A stretch of 36,409 nt of DNA from a virus (Duplodnaviria; Caudoviricetes). Each line of letters begins with the position of its first letter. The first letter of the stretch is position 1. The position numbers and the translations under genes are program-made. The stretch covers positions 1-36,409 of the IMG/VR virus record IMGVR_UViG_3300012953_000084. The stretch is one strand, 5' to 3'. Shown piece after piece: positions 25,203 through 34,552 of this stretch. The notes under the pieces are model-generated. The model was not told the DNA's origin. It saw only the letters and a program-made list of their open reading frames with translations, and searched no databases.

Positions 25203-25959
25203 AAAATTAATACTACAAGGATCCGCAGGAGAAGCTCTAGGAGAGGAGTGGAACGTTTATGCGCCTACTATTGGTGATGCATTTGCAGTCGTAAGAGCAA
25301 ACTGCCCAAAAGAATTTATGGAGTATTTTGGACAAGATGAAGGACAGGGGGAATTTTCAGTAAAACTAGCAGGAGAGGCGCTAGATGAAAATGAGTTAGG
25401 GCTATCAAACTTAGCGGGGGAAGATATAGTTGTAACTCCAGTACCTAAAGGTTCAAAGTTGAATTCTGTAGAAAAAATAATTCTAGCTGTTATTCTTATA
25501 GTAGCTTCTTTTTATATGCCTGAAACGATGTTTAGTAGTGAAAAGATTGCATCATTTGTGGCTTCTACAACAGCAATGATTGGTATAAATCTAGCTTTAG
25601 CAGGTATAAATGAGTTAATGATGAAAGAACCAAGTAAGGATAAAGAAGAGGAAGGAGCAATGTTCGGAGGCCCAGCAAACACAATTAAAAATGGACTACC
25701 GATCCCAATGGCATATGGAAAAGTATTAGTAGGTGGAGCGCCAATTAACTTTGGTTTTGGAGCTTGGAAACTAGAACCTACAAATGGTTTTGTTTTTGCA
25801 AGTGATAGTCCTAACTCATGGGACGGTATATTATATCAATCAGGAAGTAACTCAGGGAGTACATCAAATCCGAATGATGGTTCAGGTACACAAGATGGTG
25901 CGGCAGGAGATACGCAAAGTCAGTCAGGACAACAAACATCAGAAGGGGTAGCAGACTAA
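25195..25959 (+). CDS. tail assembly protein, lambda gpI-like
   Basis: Ubiquitin-like N-domain ending VTPVPKGS, hydrophobic helices, NTIKNGLPIPMAYGKVLVGG. Confidence 0.85.
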   Translation: MNRKLILQGSAGEALGEEWNVYAPTIGDAFAVVRANCPKEFMEYFGQDEGQGEFSVKLAGEALDENELGLSNLAGEDIVVTPVPKGSKLNSVEKIILAVILIVASFYMPETMFSSEKIASFVASTTAMIGINLALAGINELMMKEPSKDKEEEGAMFGGPANTIKNGLPIPMAYGKVLVGGAPINFGFGAWKLEPTNGFVFASDSPNSWDGILYQSGSNSGSTSNPNDGSGTQDGAAGDTQSQSGQQTSEGVAD

Positions 25960-28900
25960 TGAAAACAGATAACGAAATAGCACAGGATCCTATAGTAAAA
26001 ACGCAACAGGATAGAAACTCGCCTGCACGTCATCAATCAGCTATGATCTATGACTTACTCTCAGAAGGAGAGATTCATGGATTAGATAATGGTATGGCAA
26101 GTGTTTTTCTTGATGGCACTCGTTTAATTGATGAAGGCAACTGGAACACTTACAAACCAAAAAGAACAGCCTCAGGAATTACTTGTACGGGAGGCTCAGA
26201 TACTATTACTGTACCCAATGACTTTGGAAGTTTATATCATAGCACAACTGATGGAACACGTTACATAAGAATTCAAAAAGCCCATGCAACTTTAGCAGGA
26301 AACGGCTCAAGCACAGGAGCTGCTGGAACTGCACATACAAAAACAATTACGACTACTTCCAGCTTTTTTACAAGCGCAATGGTTGCATCTTCAAATATGA
26401 AAAATGGGCTCGCTCCATTAATAAGAATACCAGGATTAGGTCCTCATGGTGTTGAGTATGTGGGGGAAGTTACGCGTGTTGTATCAGGAAATGAAGCAGA
26501 AGTACATCCTGCAATTTCTACAACAGGAACACATAAAACAATTAGTTGTGATTATATTGGAAAAGTAGATGGATACGCAAGTGGCCAGGTAACTGTAGAA
26601 AGCGCACCTTCTGTATCTGTATCTTCAGTAGCAGGACAAATATCAACCCCTGGAATTGCTACTGAAACATTTAATGATTACTTAAACTTCAAGAATGTGC
26701 ATTTAAATTTTAGATCAGGAAACAGGCATCAATTACCTTCTCCAAGATATGGAGAAACTCAAACACCAAGTGCGTCTTTCGCGATCACTCCAAATGAAGC
26801 AATAAAACAAAATAATCGTTGGTCAAGCCTTAGTAACATTCCAAGTAACTATAATGATAGCGAACTTACGAGTGACTATGACCCTTCAGAAGGGCAAGCA
26901 AATGATACGATTATTACTGCAACAGGTTCTGGAACGAAAGCTTTGGGGCTAGTTGAGCCTGGAGACATAGATAACGTAAAAGTTATAATTCAGTTTCCTC
27001 AAGGACTTAATGCACAAAAAATTAAAACAGATAGTGCAGGAGAAAAAGCACAAGGGCACGCTGAGTTTCAAATGTTTTTTGAGTACACAAGAGATGGCTC
27101 AAATTATGAAACTGTACAAGTTGTTGGCCCAACAGACAACGAAATTAATACAAGAGGGCTTACAGATTCAGCTTTACTTACAAATACAGGTATGGATAAA
27201 GTTCACCATGCTTGGGGTCCTGTAAACTTTAACACCAGAGAATGGAAGTCTCCAAATAATGGATATATTGTTACATATAGTAAGTCCGCATTTTTTGATG
27301 AGTTTATTATTCCTATAGACAAGTATAAGCCATTCAGTAACTGGAGGGTTAGAATACGTAAAGTAACTGCCGATAATCCTTTATCTCAAAGTGGCGACTG
27401 GCAGTATACGAACAGCTCTACATTATATGCAGTAGAGGCCCAAGTACATGACTGGTTTAGTTATCCAAATAGTGCATACACTTCTTTAGCCGTAAATGCA
27501 ACAGACTTTAGCTCGACAGCGCTACCTGCAAGACAGTATGAGATAAAAGGAATAAAATGTCAAGTTCCTACAAATTACAATGCAAGGTATGAGCTAAGTA
27601 GTACAGCAAATGCTTCGTACACTAGAAACATAAGTAGTGGGGCTAATGAGTCTACCTATCAAAACTGGGACGGTACATTCAGAGGAGATACTTCAGTCTA
27701 TAACCGTTCTAGTGTAAATTATAATAAGGTTTGGACTGATAACCCTGCATGGGTATTTTATGATTTAATGACTAATAAAAGGTATGGGCTAGGGTTTAAT
27801 ATTGATCCAAGTCAGATTGATAAGTATGAACTTTATCAGATCGCCCAGTATTGTGATGAATTAGTTCCTGATGGAAAGGGCGGAGAAGAGCCTCGTTTTA
27901 GTGCAAATGTATATCTAAGTAACTCTCAACAAGCATTTAAAGTTATGAAAGATTTTGCTTCTATGTTTAGAGGAATACTTTTTTGGCACAATGGCAAACT
28001 TACTGCAACAGCTGATAGAGATAAAGAACCCGTCTATACGTTTACAAAAGGAAACATTATAGATGGAGCATTTAGTTATGAAGGTACATCTAAAAAACTT
28101 AGAACTAATCAAGTAAAAGTTACTTGGAATGACCCAAATCAAATGTACCGACAAAATGTTGCAATCGTAGAAGATACTCCAGATATCGTTGATAGAGGAA
28201 AAATAGTTAGTAAATCAGTACTAGCATATGGCTGTACTAGTGAAGGTCAAGCTATGCGATATGGCAAATGGAATATGCTTAGTGAGAAACTTCAAAAAGA
28301 AATTGTCAAGTTTACAACAGGCTTAAACGCTAACTTTCTTAAGCCTGGAGACGTTATTCAAGTACAAGACGCTGATAGGGGCAGAGTTCAGTTTAGTGGT
28401 AGAGTTTCAAACACAGGAACTCGAAATACAACAAATATTCCTTTAGATAGAACAATAACTTTAGCAGCAAATACTAACTACTACTTAACTATAATTAGCT
28501 CTGAGCCAGGCTGTTATTTAACCGATACAACAGAGGATTCTTATACAGGACAAACAATTCAAGGACACGCTAATAATCTAGATAACCTTTCTGGAGGCGG
28601 TGGCTACACAAATGGAACATATACTAATATACCAACTACAGGTGGCTCAGGTTTTGACTTAACAGTTGATGTTACTGTTTCAGGTAATGCAGTTACAAAT
28701 GTAAGTGTAAATAATAAAGGCTTTGGTTATGGAGACAATGAAGATATTACAGTTACAAATTATGGGGGGTTCACAACTTCAGGAACAAAGGCAACATTTA
28801 AGATAAATGGAGTAACCTCTACATCAGGGCTTAAGCATGGTGATTTACTCTCTTTTGTAATTACACAAGAAGGGGCTTCAAATCTTCGTAATGGAAGTAA

Positions 28901-31900
28901 CGCGCGTTTAGTTACAGCATTTTCTCCAGACTCTAGAGTAGAGAGAAAACCTGTAACCACATCAGCAGGCTCTGTAAGCAGTTTAGTAGTATCACCAGCA
29001 TTTACCTCTGCTCCTGATGCTTCAAGTATTTGGGCTTTAACCGCAGCATCAACTACAAGCGGAGATGCTGTCTTAGACACTACAGGGAGTGCAAAAAAAT
29101 ATCAAATAGCCTCTATACAAGAAGATACAGATAAGCAAACTTTTGCCATTTCAGCTCTTGAGTATGTTGACGATAAATTTACAGAAGTAGACAGAGGTTG
29201 GAAATATAGTGTTCCAACATACACAGATCTTAAATTCGGAGATGCTGTACCCGCCGTAACAGGTGTCGCAGTAGAAGTATCTCCAGTAACTGCAGGTAAC
29301 CCTGCTGTTACAACTAGTACTTATATTCCTGATAGTGTTTCGGCAAATAAAGCTACAATAAGTTGGATAGCACCAACTACAAGTCGTACAGATAGTGACG
29401 GAAATGCAATAAATTCAGAATATGAATATATTGAATCTTATGAAATCGAACACACCTTTACACAATCAAAAACATCTACAAATATTTATGAAGTAGCAGT
29501 AGTTAGAGGGGGTACAAGTTTTGAAATACCAAATATTAATTTAGGAACATATAGAGTTAGAGTTAGAGTTAAAAATATTCTAGGAAACTATTCTCCGTGG
29601 GTAGCTGTAGAAGGTGGAACAGGAACTAACCTGCCTTCACACCCAGGAGCAAGAACATACTTATTACCAACTGGTGGAGACTTAAGCACAACACTTTCTA
29701 TATCAGGAAGCACAGTTTCTTTAGGGGCAGGGGCAACACAAACATATAGATTTGTAAATCCAATAGGAAATGCTCTTACAGTTAGTTCCGCAAGTGCAGC
29801 GAAAGGCACACAAGATTTTAATGGAATGGGAGCAAGTGCAACAGCTTACTTAGTTGTAGACCATAGTGTTCCCGATTTGAAAGCAATTGAACTAGCAATC
29901 GACACTACAAGTATATCTGCTACAGGTGGAACTAAACAAAGGTTTACATATTGGAAAGAAGTAGGAGCAAGTAATAATGGTCTTACAGCGGCTACAGGAA
30001 CAGTAAGTATGACAGTAGGAACTACAACTGTTACAGGAAGTAGTACAAATTTTGATGGCGAATTTCAAGTAGGAGATTTTATAAAGATAGGATCAGGTAC
30101 TTCTTATAACGCTACAAGTGACTATTTTAGAGTTACAAAGATTACTTCAGATACCCAAATGACTGTAGATGCTGCAGCAGGCAGAACTTATTCAGGAGCA
30201 ACAGCAGCCTATCAGACATTTAGACCAGATTACAACTTTGATACTGTAATTGCAAAAGTAACTACAGATAGTAGCACTAATTATACCCTTACCACTTTAT
30301 GTGGATATAATGCAGAAGAGATACAAGCAAATGACCTTGCATCAGGTATCTTACAACATACAGTAAGACTTACAGCGGATAAATATGTTATCCCATATGA
30401 TATCGATGGAGGGGAAAGCACAACTCTTAACTTTACAGCAGCAGCACAGGGAGTTCTTGGAACTGCAACATTCAAATTTGATGTAGACGGAACAACAAAG
30501 CAAGCAGCAGGCACAAGTGCTACTTACCAAATGGCAGGTAGTGATGAGCCCGCGTCTGGAGCAGCGAAAACTGTAAAAGTAACATTATTTGATGATGGAG
30601 TAGAGAAAGCTACGGACTCTGTATCTGTATTTGGTATTCAAGATGGTGAAGATGCAATAACTGTAATTGTAACAAACGAGACTCATGCCTTACCCACTAC
30701 TTCAGGAGGCACAGTAACATACACTAATTCAGGAACTGATATTCGAGTATTTAAAGGAAGTACTCCACTTGCATATGGTACTGGAAATAACCAATTTACT
30801 GTCGCTGCTTCTGCAACTAATATAACTGCTGGGGCTGCATCAACTGTTTCTACATATACAAGACGATTTGCAAATGCAAGTAGTTGTACTGCACAAACTG
30901 CCTCCATTGAATTTACAGTAACAGTTAAAAATTCACTAGGAACAAGCGCATCTTTTACAAAAATACAAACATTTACAAAAGCAACTGATGGATCCGACGG
31001 CTCTCCAGGTGCAGCAGGTGCGGCAGGAAAAGTTGTACAACTTTCAGCTGCGGATTACTCAATCGTATATAATGCAGCAGGTAGTAGCCCATCGCCCTCA
31101 AGTACAATTCTTTTAGCTGCATCAGTGCAGAACTTTACTAACCCTTTCTTTAAATTTACTGGAGATGGAATTACAGATGAAACAAGTTTTACAGATGGAG
31201 CAAGTGCTATTCACGATACTTTTACATTCAATGTTCCTAGTTCTCACTTTTCAACTCCAAAAACGCTTAGAGTTGGAGTATCAGACGGCGATCAAACTGA
31301 AGTCGCTTTCGACACTATTAGTATATTTGGCGTAAAGCCAGGTTCAGATGGTTCTCAAGGTGCGCAAGGTGCGCAAGGTGCGCAAGGTGCACAAGGTGCG
31401 CAAGGTGGTCAAGGTGCTCAAGGTTCTCAAGGTGCTGCAGGGATAGATGGTATGAGTTTTGTATTATCAAACTCCGCTCACGTTTTCCCAGCATCTAATG
31501 CAGGAGTAGTAAGTAGCTATACTGGGTCAGGTACAACTATTGAGGTATTTGAAGGAGCAACAAATGTAGTATATGATGCGGTAGGTACTGCTGCAAATAG
31601 ATTTAAAATTCAAATAACTACCGATACGAATATAACAGGCAACACTACTTTTACAGATAGTGGGAATTTTGTAACCGTTGGAAATCATAGTGCAATGTCA
31701 AATAGTGCAGATACAGCATTAATTATTTATACAGTTTCAGGAAAAAGAGCAGATGGAACCGCTTTTTCAACAACATTACAACAATCTTTCAGTAAATCAA
31801 AAATTGGAAGTCAAGGAAATCAAGGAAATCAAGGAGGTCAAGGCCTACAAGGAGCACAAGGCCTACAAGGAGCACAAGGAGCACAAGGAGCAACTGGAGC

Positions 31901-32453
31901 GGCAGGAGTAAGTGTATCAAATACACAATCCTTTATGTTATATCACTCAGGAGATAATGGGTCTACATATACGCCAAACTCCGCATATACATCTGTAGTT
32001 ACATTTAAACAAGGAAGCACTACACTTGCAACAACAACTATAACATCAGCTATTACAGCTTCAGGAACGGGGGCTGGTAATATTACTCTTTCATCGGGCT
32101 CTACAAGTGGTAGCCCTAATATATCATTTGGCAACAATGGGTCGGCTCTTGTTACTTGTACAATAACAAAATCAAATGTAGAAACAAAAGTGTTTGCACA
32201 AGCAACAATTCTTGGAGACTTCGGAAAAAATTCTGATATGAGATTAAAAGAAAATATACAACACATAGGAACTCAAAATGGTCATAATATTTATACATGG
32301 AAATGGAATAGTTTAGCTCGCTCTCTAGAAGTAGAAAGTGAGACTGTAGGTGTTATGGCACAAGAAGTTCAAAAAACAAATCCAGAAGCAATCACAGAAG
32401 ATGAAAATGGATATTTACTAGTAGATTATAAAAAATTATTTGGAGAAAATTAA
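25959..32453 (+). CDS. central tail fibre / tip attachment protein (lambda gpJ-like) with collagen-like segments and C-terminal S74 chaperone
   Basis: DLLSEGEIHGL, WTDNPAWVFYDLMTNKRYGLG, YCDELVPDGKGGEEPRF, GCTSEGQAMRYGKW, LKPGDVIQVQD; C-terminal SDMRLKENI...GVMAQEV...VDY. Confidence 0.92.
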   Translation: MKTDNEIAQDPIVKTQQDRNSPARHQSAMIYDLLSEGEIHGLDNGMASVFLDGTRLIDEGNWNTYKPKRTASGITCTGGSDTITVPNDFGSLYHSTTDGTRYIRIQKAHATLAGNGSSTGAAGTAHTKTITTTSSFFTSAMVASSNMKNGLAPLIRIPGLGPHGVEYVGEVTRVVSGNEAEVHPAISTTGTHKTISCDYIGKVDGYASGQVTVESAPSVSVSSVAGQISTPGIATETFNDYLNFKNVHLNFRSGNRHQLPSPRYGETQTPSASFAITPNEAIKQNNRWSSLSNIPSNYNDSELTSDYDPSEGQANDTIITATGSGTKALGLVEPGDIDNVKVIIQFPQGLNAQKIKTDSAGEKAQGHAEFQMFFEYTRDGSNYETVQVVGPTDNEINTRGLTDSALLTNTGMDKVHHAWGPVNFNTREWKSPNNGYIVTYSKSAFFDEFIIPIDKYKPFSNWRVRIRKVTADNPLSQSGDWQYTNSSTLYAVEAQVHDWFSYPNSAYTSLAVNATDFSSTALPARQYEIKGIKCQVPTNYNARYELSSTANASYTRNISSGANESTYQNWDGTFRGDTSVYNRSSVNYNKVWTDNPAWVFYDLMTNKRYGLGFNIDPSQIDKYELYQIAQYCDELVPDGKGGEEPRFSANVYLSNSQQAFKVMKDFASMFRGILFWHNGKLTATADRDKEPVYTFTKGNIIDGAFSYEGTSKKLRTNQVKVTWNDPNQMYRQNVAIVEDTPDIVDRGKIVSKSVLAYGCTSEGQAMRYGKWNMLSEKLQKEIVKFTTGLNANFLKPGDVIQVQDADRGRVQFSGRVSNTGTRNTTNIPLDRTITLAANTNYYLTIISSEPGCYLTDTTEDSYTGQTIQGHANNLDNLSGGGGYTNGTYTNIPTTGGSGFDLTVDVTVSGNAVTNVSVNNKGFGYGDNEDITVTNYGGFTTSGTKATFKINGVTSTSGLKHGDLLSFVITQEGASNLRNGSNARLVTAFSPDSRVERKPVTTSAGSVSSLVVSPAFTSAPDASSIWALTAASTTSGDAVLDTTGSAKKYQIASIQEDTDKQTFAISALEYVDDKFTEVDRGWKYSVPTYTDLKFGDAVPAVTGVAVEVSPVTAGNPAVTTSTYIPDSVSANKATISWIAPTTSRTDSDGNAINSEYEYIESYEIEHTFTQSKTSTNIYEVAVVRGGTSFEIPNINLGTYRVRVRVKNILGNYSPWVAVEGGTGTNLPSHPGARTYLLPTGGDLSTTLSISGSTVSLGAGATQTYRFVNPIGNALTVSSASAAKGTQDFNGMGASATAYLVVDHSVPDLKAIELAIDTTSISATGGTKQRFTYWKEVGASNNGLTAATGTVSMTVGTTTVTGSSTNFDGEFQVGDFIKIGSGTSYNATSDYFRVTKITSDTQMTVDAAAGRTYSGATAAYQTFRPDYNFDTVIAKVTTDSSTNYTLTTLCGYNAEEIQANDLASGILQHTVRLTADKYVIPYDIDGGESTTLNFTAAAQGVLGTATFKFDVDGTTKQAAGTSATYQMAGSDEPASGAAKTVKVTLFDDGVEKATDSVSVFGIQDGEDAITVIVTNETHALPTTSGGTVTYTNSGTDIRVFKGSTPLAYGTGNNQFTVAASATNITAGAASTVSTYTRRFANASSCTAQTASIEFTVTVKNSLGTSASFTKIQTFTKATDGSDGSPGAAGAAGKVVQLSAADYSIVYNAAGSSPSPSSTILLAASVQNFTNPFFKFTGDGITDETSFTDGASAIHDTFTFNVPSSHFSTPKTLRVGVSDGDQTEVAFDTISIFGVKPGSDGSQGAQGAQGAQGAQGAQGGQGAQGSQGAAGIDGMSFVLSNSAHVFPASNAGVVSSYTGSGTTIEVFEGATNVVYDAVGTAANRFKIQITTDTNITGNTTFTDSGNFVTVGNHSAMSNSADTALIIYTVSGKRADGTAFSTTLQQSFSKSKIGSQGNQGNQGGQGLQGAQGLQGAQGAQGATGAAGVSVSNTQSFMLYHSGDNGSTYTPNSAYTSVVTFKQGSTTLATTTITSAITASGTGAGNITLSSGSTSGSPNISFGNNGSALVTCTITKSNVETKVFAQATILGDFGKNSDMRLKENIQHIGTQNGHNIYTWKWNSLARSLEVESETVGVMAQEVQKTNPEAITEDENGYLLVDYKKLFGEN
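31341..31451 (+). repeat. 9 bp tandem repeat encoding 12 Gly-X-Y triplets
   Basis: (GGTGCGCAA)n-type array, GSDGSQ(GAQ)5GGQGAQGSQGAAGIDG. Confidence 0.9.
31806..31907 (+). repeat. 9 bp tandem repeat encoding 11 Gly-X-Y triplets
   Basis: GGAAATCAA/GGAGCACAA/GGCCTACAA units, GSQGNQGNQGGQGLQGAQGLQGAQGAQGATGAAG. Confidence 0.9.
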
Positions 32454-33077
32454 ATGAGCACATTTGACTGCACATGTAGAGCATATGGTCCCACTCTATA
32501 CTCAAGAGGACTTTTAGACACAGACGTAGAGCATGTTCAAAGGATACTTTCTGATTGGGAAGACTGGCCTTTAACTGATGAAAAGGCATTGCATCTTACA
32601 CGCACATGGGCTATAAAAGATAAAGGTTGGCAAGCCCCTTACCATGACGGAATGGAAGGAGCAGAATCAACTACTCTATTTTGTTTAAAAAGCAATGATC
32701 TTCCTGTTTTTATAAATAGATGTTATCAATATGGAACTCATGTAGATCATTATTTTAATGCAACAGCTCCAGAACACAGACTACAAGGTATATATGCTGA
32801 GGCAAATCAAATTTTATTTAGAGGCGCATGGGAACACTATGGAATGAAAAGCATAACTATGCGAGAAAGAACAGATACAGGCTCTCTGCAAGGACATAAC
32901 TTAACAAGTGAAAAAACAGGAATTATTTATGAAGGGGGACATAAACAATTAAATCCTTCCTACAAAGAAACAACAACTACTTATGAGGAGTGGGAAGCTT
33001 ATACAAAAACAGACCACTATAAAGCTTGGATATTTGATTATACAATGTATCCAAAATACCCAGGAGACCCAATATGA
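32454..33077 (+). CDS. divergent GNAT-like protein (paralogue of the next gene)
   Basis: GPTLYSRGL...SDW start; APEHRLQGIYAEA resembles acetyl-CoA-binding motif A. Confidence 0.55.
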   Translation: MSTFDCTCRAYGPTLYSRGLLDTDVEHVQRILSDWEDWPLTDEKALHLTRTWAIKDKGWQAPYHDGMEGAESTTLFCLKSNDLPVFINRCYQYGTHVDHYFNATAPEHRLQGIYAEANQILFRGAWEHYGMKSITMRERTDTGSLQGHNLTSEKTGIIYEGGHKQLNPSYKETTTTYEEWEAYTKTDHYKAWIFDYTMYPKYPGDPI

Positions 33078-33667
33078 GTGTAGAGTTTATAAGAGGGCCA
33101 AATGTATATTTGCGAGAAATGGTAGTAAATGACCTAACAAATATCCATGCTTGTTTAGTTGACTGGTCATGGTTTCCTTTTTCTGTTGATGAAACAAAAA
33201 ATGTAATGAGACCTCATTTACAGAGCTTGCGGTACTTAGAAAGACCTTATAAAGATAATGCAAGATACTTTGAAAGTTTTGCTGTATGTAAAGTATCAGA
33301 TAATAGTTTTGTTGGTTTTAGAACTTTGAAAATAGAGAACAAAAAAGCAGAGATAGTATTTAATGCAGCACTTCCAGCATTAAGAGGTCAAGGATTGATG
33401 AATGAAGCTGCAAAACTACTTGATGTAGCACTATTTACAGAACTAAATTGCACTTCTTATACTAATAGCCTTGACCCTCAATACATTACTAGTTTAAGAC
33501 CTTATCATACTTTAGAAGGCACAGAACTTAGTCAACGATCAAATAGAACTTTAAAACTTGTAAAAGTAACTAAAGATGACTATGACACTTGGGCAGCAGC
33601 AAATAGTAGCTCAGTTCCTTCGTATACTTTCTCAGGGAGTAGTTACACTCCTCCACAAGATAGATAA
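33074..33667 (+). CDS. GNAT family (RimJ/RimL-like) acetyltransferase
   Basis: GPNVYLREMVVNDL, FAVCKVSDNSFVGF, LPALRGQGLMNEA. Confidence 0.7.
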   Translation: MSVEFIRGPNVYLREMVVNDLTNIHACLVDWSWFPFSVDETKNVMRPHLQSLRYLERPYKDNARYFESFAVCKVSDNSFVGFRTLKIENKKAEIVFNAALPALRGQGLMNEAAKLLDVALFTELNCTSYTNSLDPQYITSLRPYHTLEGTELSQRSNRTLKLVKVTKDDYDTWAAANSSSVPSYTFSGSSYTPPQDR

Positions 33668-33677
33668 AATAATAATA

Positions 33678-33700
33678 GGCGTGGCTATCTGCCACGTTTT
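33678..33700 (+). terminator. Rho-independent terminator ending the tail operon
   Basis: GGCGTGGC-tatct-GCCACGTT followed by TT. Confidence 0.7.
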
Positions 33701-33765
33701 CACGACATAAGTCAAACTGTCAAACCTAATCACGCAAAATAACTCTCAATTTTAGAGGAGGTGCC

Positions 33766-33806
33766 AAAAAATTTATCTTGACTTTCTCCCCTAATTTTAG
33801 TATAAT
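33766..33806 (+). promoter_or_regulatory. sigma70-type promoter P3 (fibre operon)
   Basis: TTGACT 33778-33783, 17 bp spacer, TATAAT 33801-33806, upstream A-tract. Confidence 0.88.
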
Positions 33807-33832
33807 TTAGGGTAAGGAGAAAAATAAAAGAT

Positions 33833-34171
33833 ATGGCAGCTGCAACTTATAACATCGAGGTAGACCAAGGGTCAGACTATAACATTGAAATTGAAGTAAA
33901 AGAAGATGGGTCAGTTAAGAACTTAACTGGATACTCAGCACGAGCTCAAGCGAGATCGTCAGAAGAGGATTCTTCTGTTGCATTTAGTTTTACATGCACT
34001 ATACCTACACCAACTAATGGTAAGGTAAAGATGAACTTGCCTGCCGCCACTTCGTCCAGCGCAACTGCAGGACAATACGTATATGATTTAGAGGTTTTTA
34101 CTTCGGGGGACGCAGCAGTCTCTCGTCTTATTAAGGGAACTGTCACACTTGACAGGGAAATCACACGATAA
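33833..34171 (+). CDS. Ig-like collar/fibre-anchoring protein (T5 p132/BppU-N-like)
   Basis: YNIEVDQGSD, NLTGYSARAQAR, GQYVYDLEV, RLIKGTVTL. Confidence 0.7.
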   Translation: MAAATYNIEVDQGSDYNIEIEVKEDGSVKNLTGYSARAQARSSEEDSSVAFSFTCTIPTPTNGKVKMNLPAATSSSATAGQYVYDLEVFTSGDAAVSRLIKGTVTLDREITR

Positions 34172-34552
34172 ATGGCAACAACCTTAACGATTTCACCAGG
34201 AGCAAATACTACTCTTACCATTTCAGGTTCAAGTACAGAGTATAGTATATCTGGTGATTCCACAACTTTAACAATGAATACAGCAATATCAGGTGCAAAT
34301 GCTACTGATATTGTATATGCCCCAACAGGCAGAATGTCATCAACTAATGTTCAAGCTGCATTAGATGAGCTCTCAGGAGACTACTTTATGCAAGCCACAA
34401 CACCTACTGGTTCACAATTGAACGAAGGGGATTTGTGGTATGACACTGATGATGACGAACTCAAGGTATACAGGGGAACACAATGGCAAACACTTGCCGG
34501 AGCAGGGGGCGACGTCGAAACGATGATGCAACTTGATGGAGGCTCATTCTAA
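34172..34552 (+). CDS. short fibre adaptor protein
   Basis: TNVQAALDEL, EGDLWYDTDDDELKVY, C-terminal LDGGSF. Confidence 0.65.
   Translation: MATTLTISPGANTTLTISGSSTEYSISGDSTTLTMNTAISGANATDIVYAPTGRMSSTNVQAALDELSGDYFMQATTPTGSQLNEGDLWYDTDDDELKVYRGTQWQTLAGAGGDVETMMQLDGGSF

Noticed and set aside
6258-27225. Alternative-frame + strand ORFs 6258-6470, 13158-13343 and 27010-27225
   Set aside because: Nested in long conserved genes, with no SD or motif support
31341-31907. Tandem repeats as a possible CRISPR array
   Set aside because: 9 bp in-frame units without spacers; they encode collagen-like Gly-X-Y
33711-33725. Direct repeat GTCAAAC-T-GTCAAAC (TTGAC on the minus strand) as an antisense promoter
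   Set aside because: No -10 hexamer at 16-18 bp on the minus strand; only two short copies
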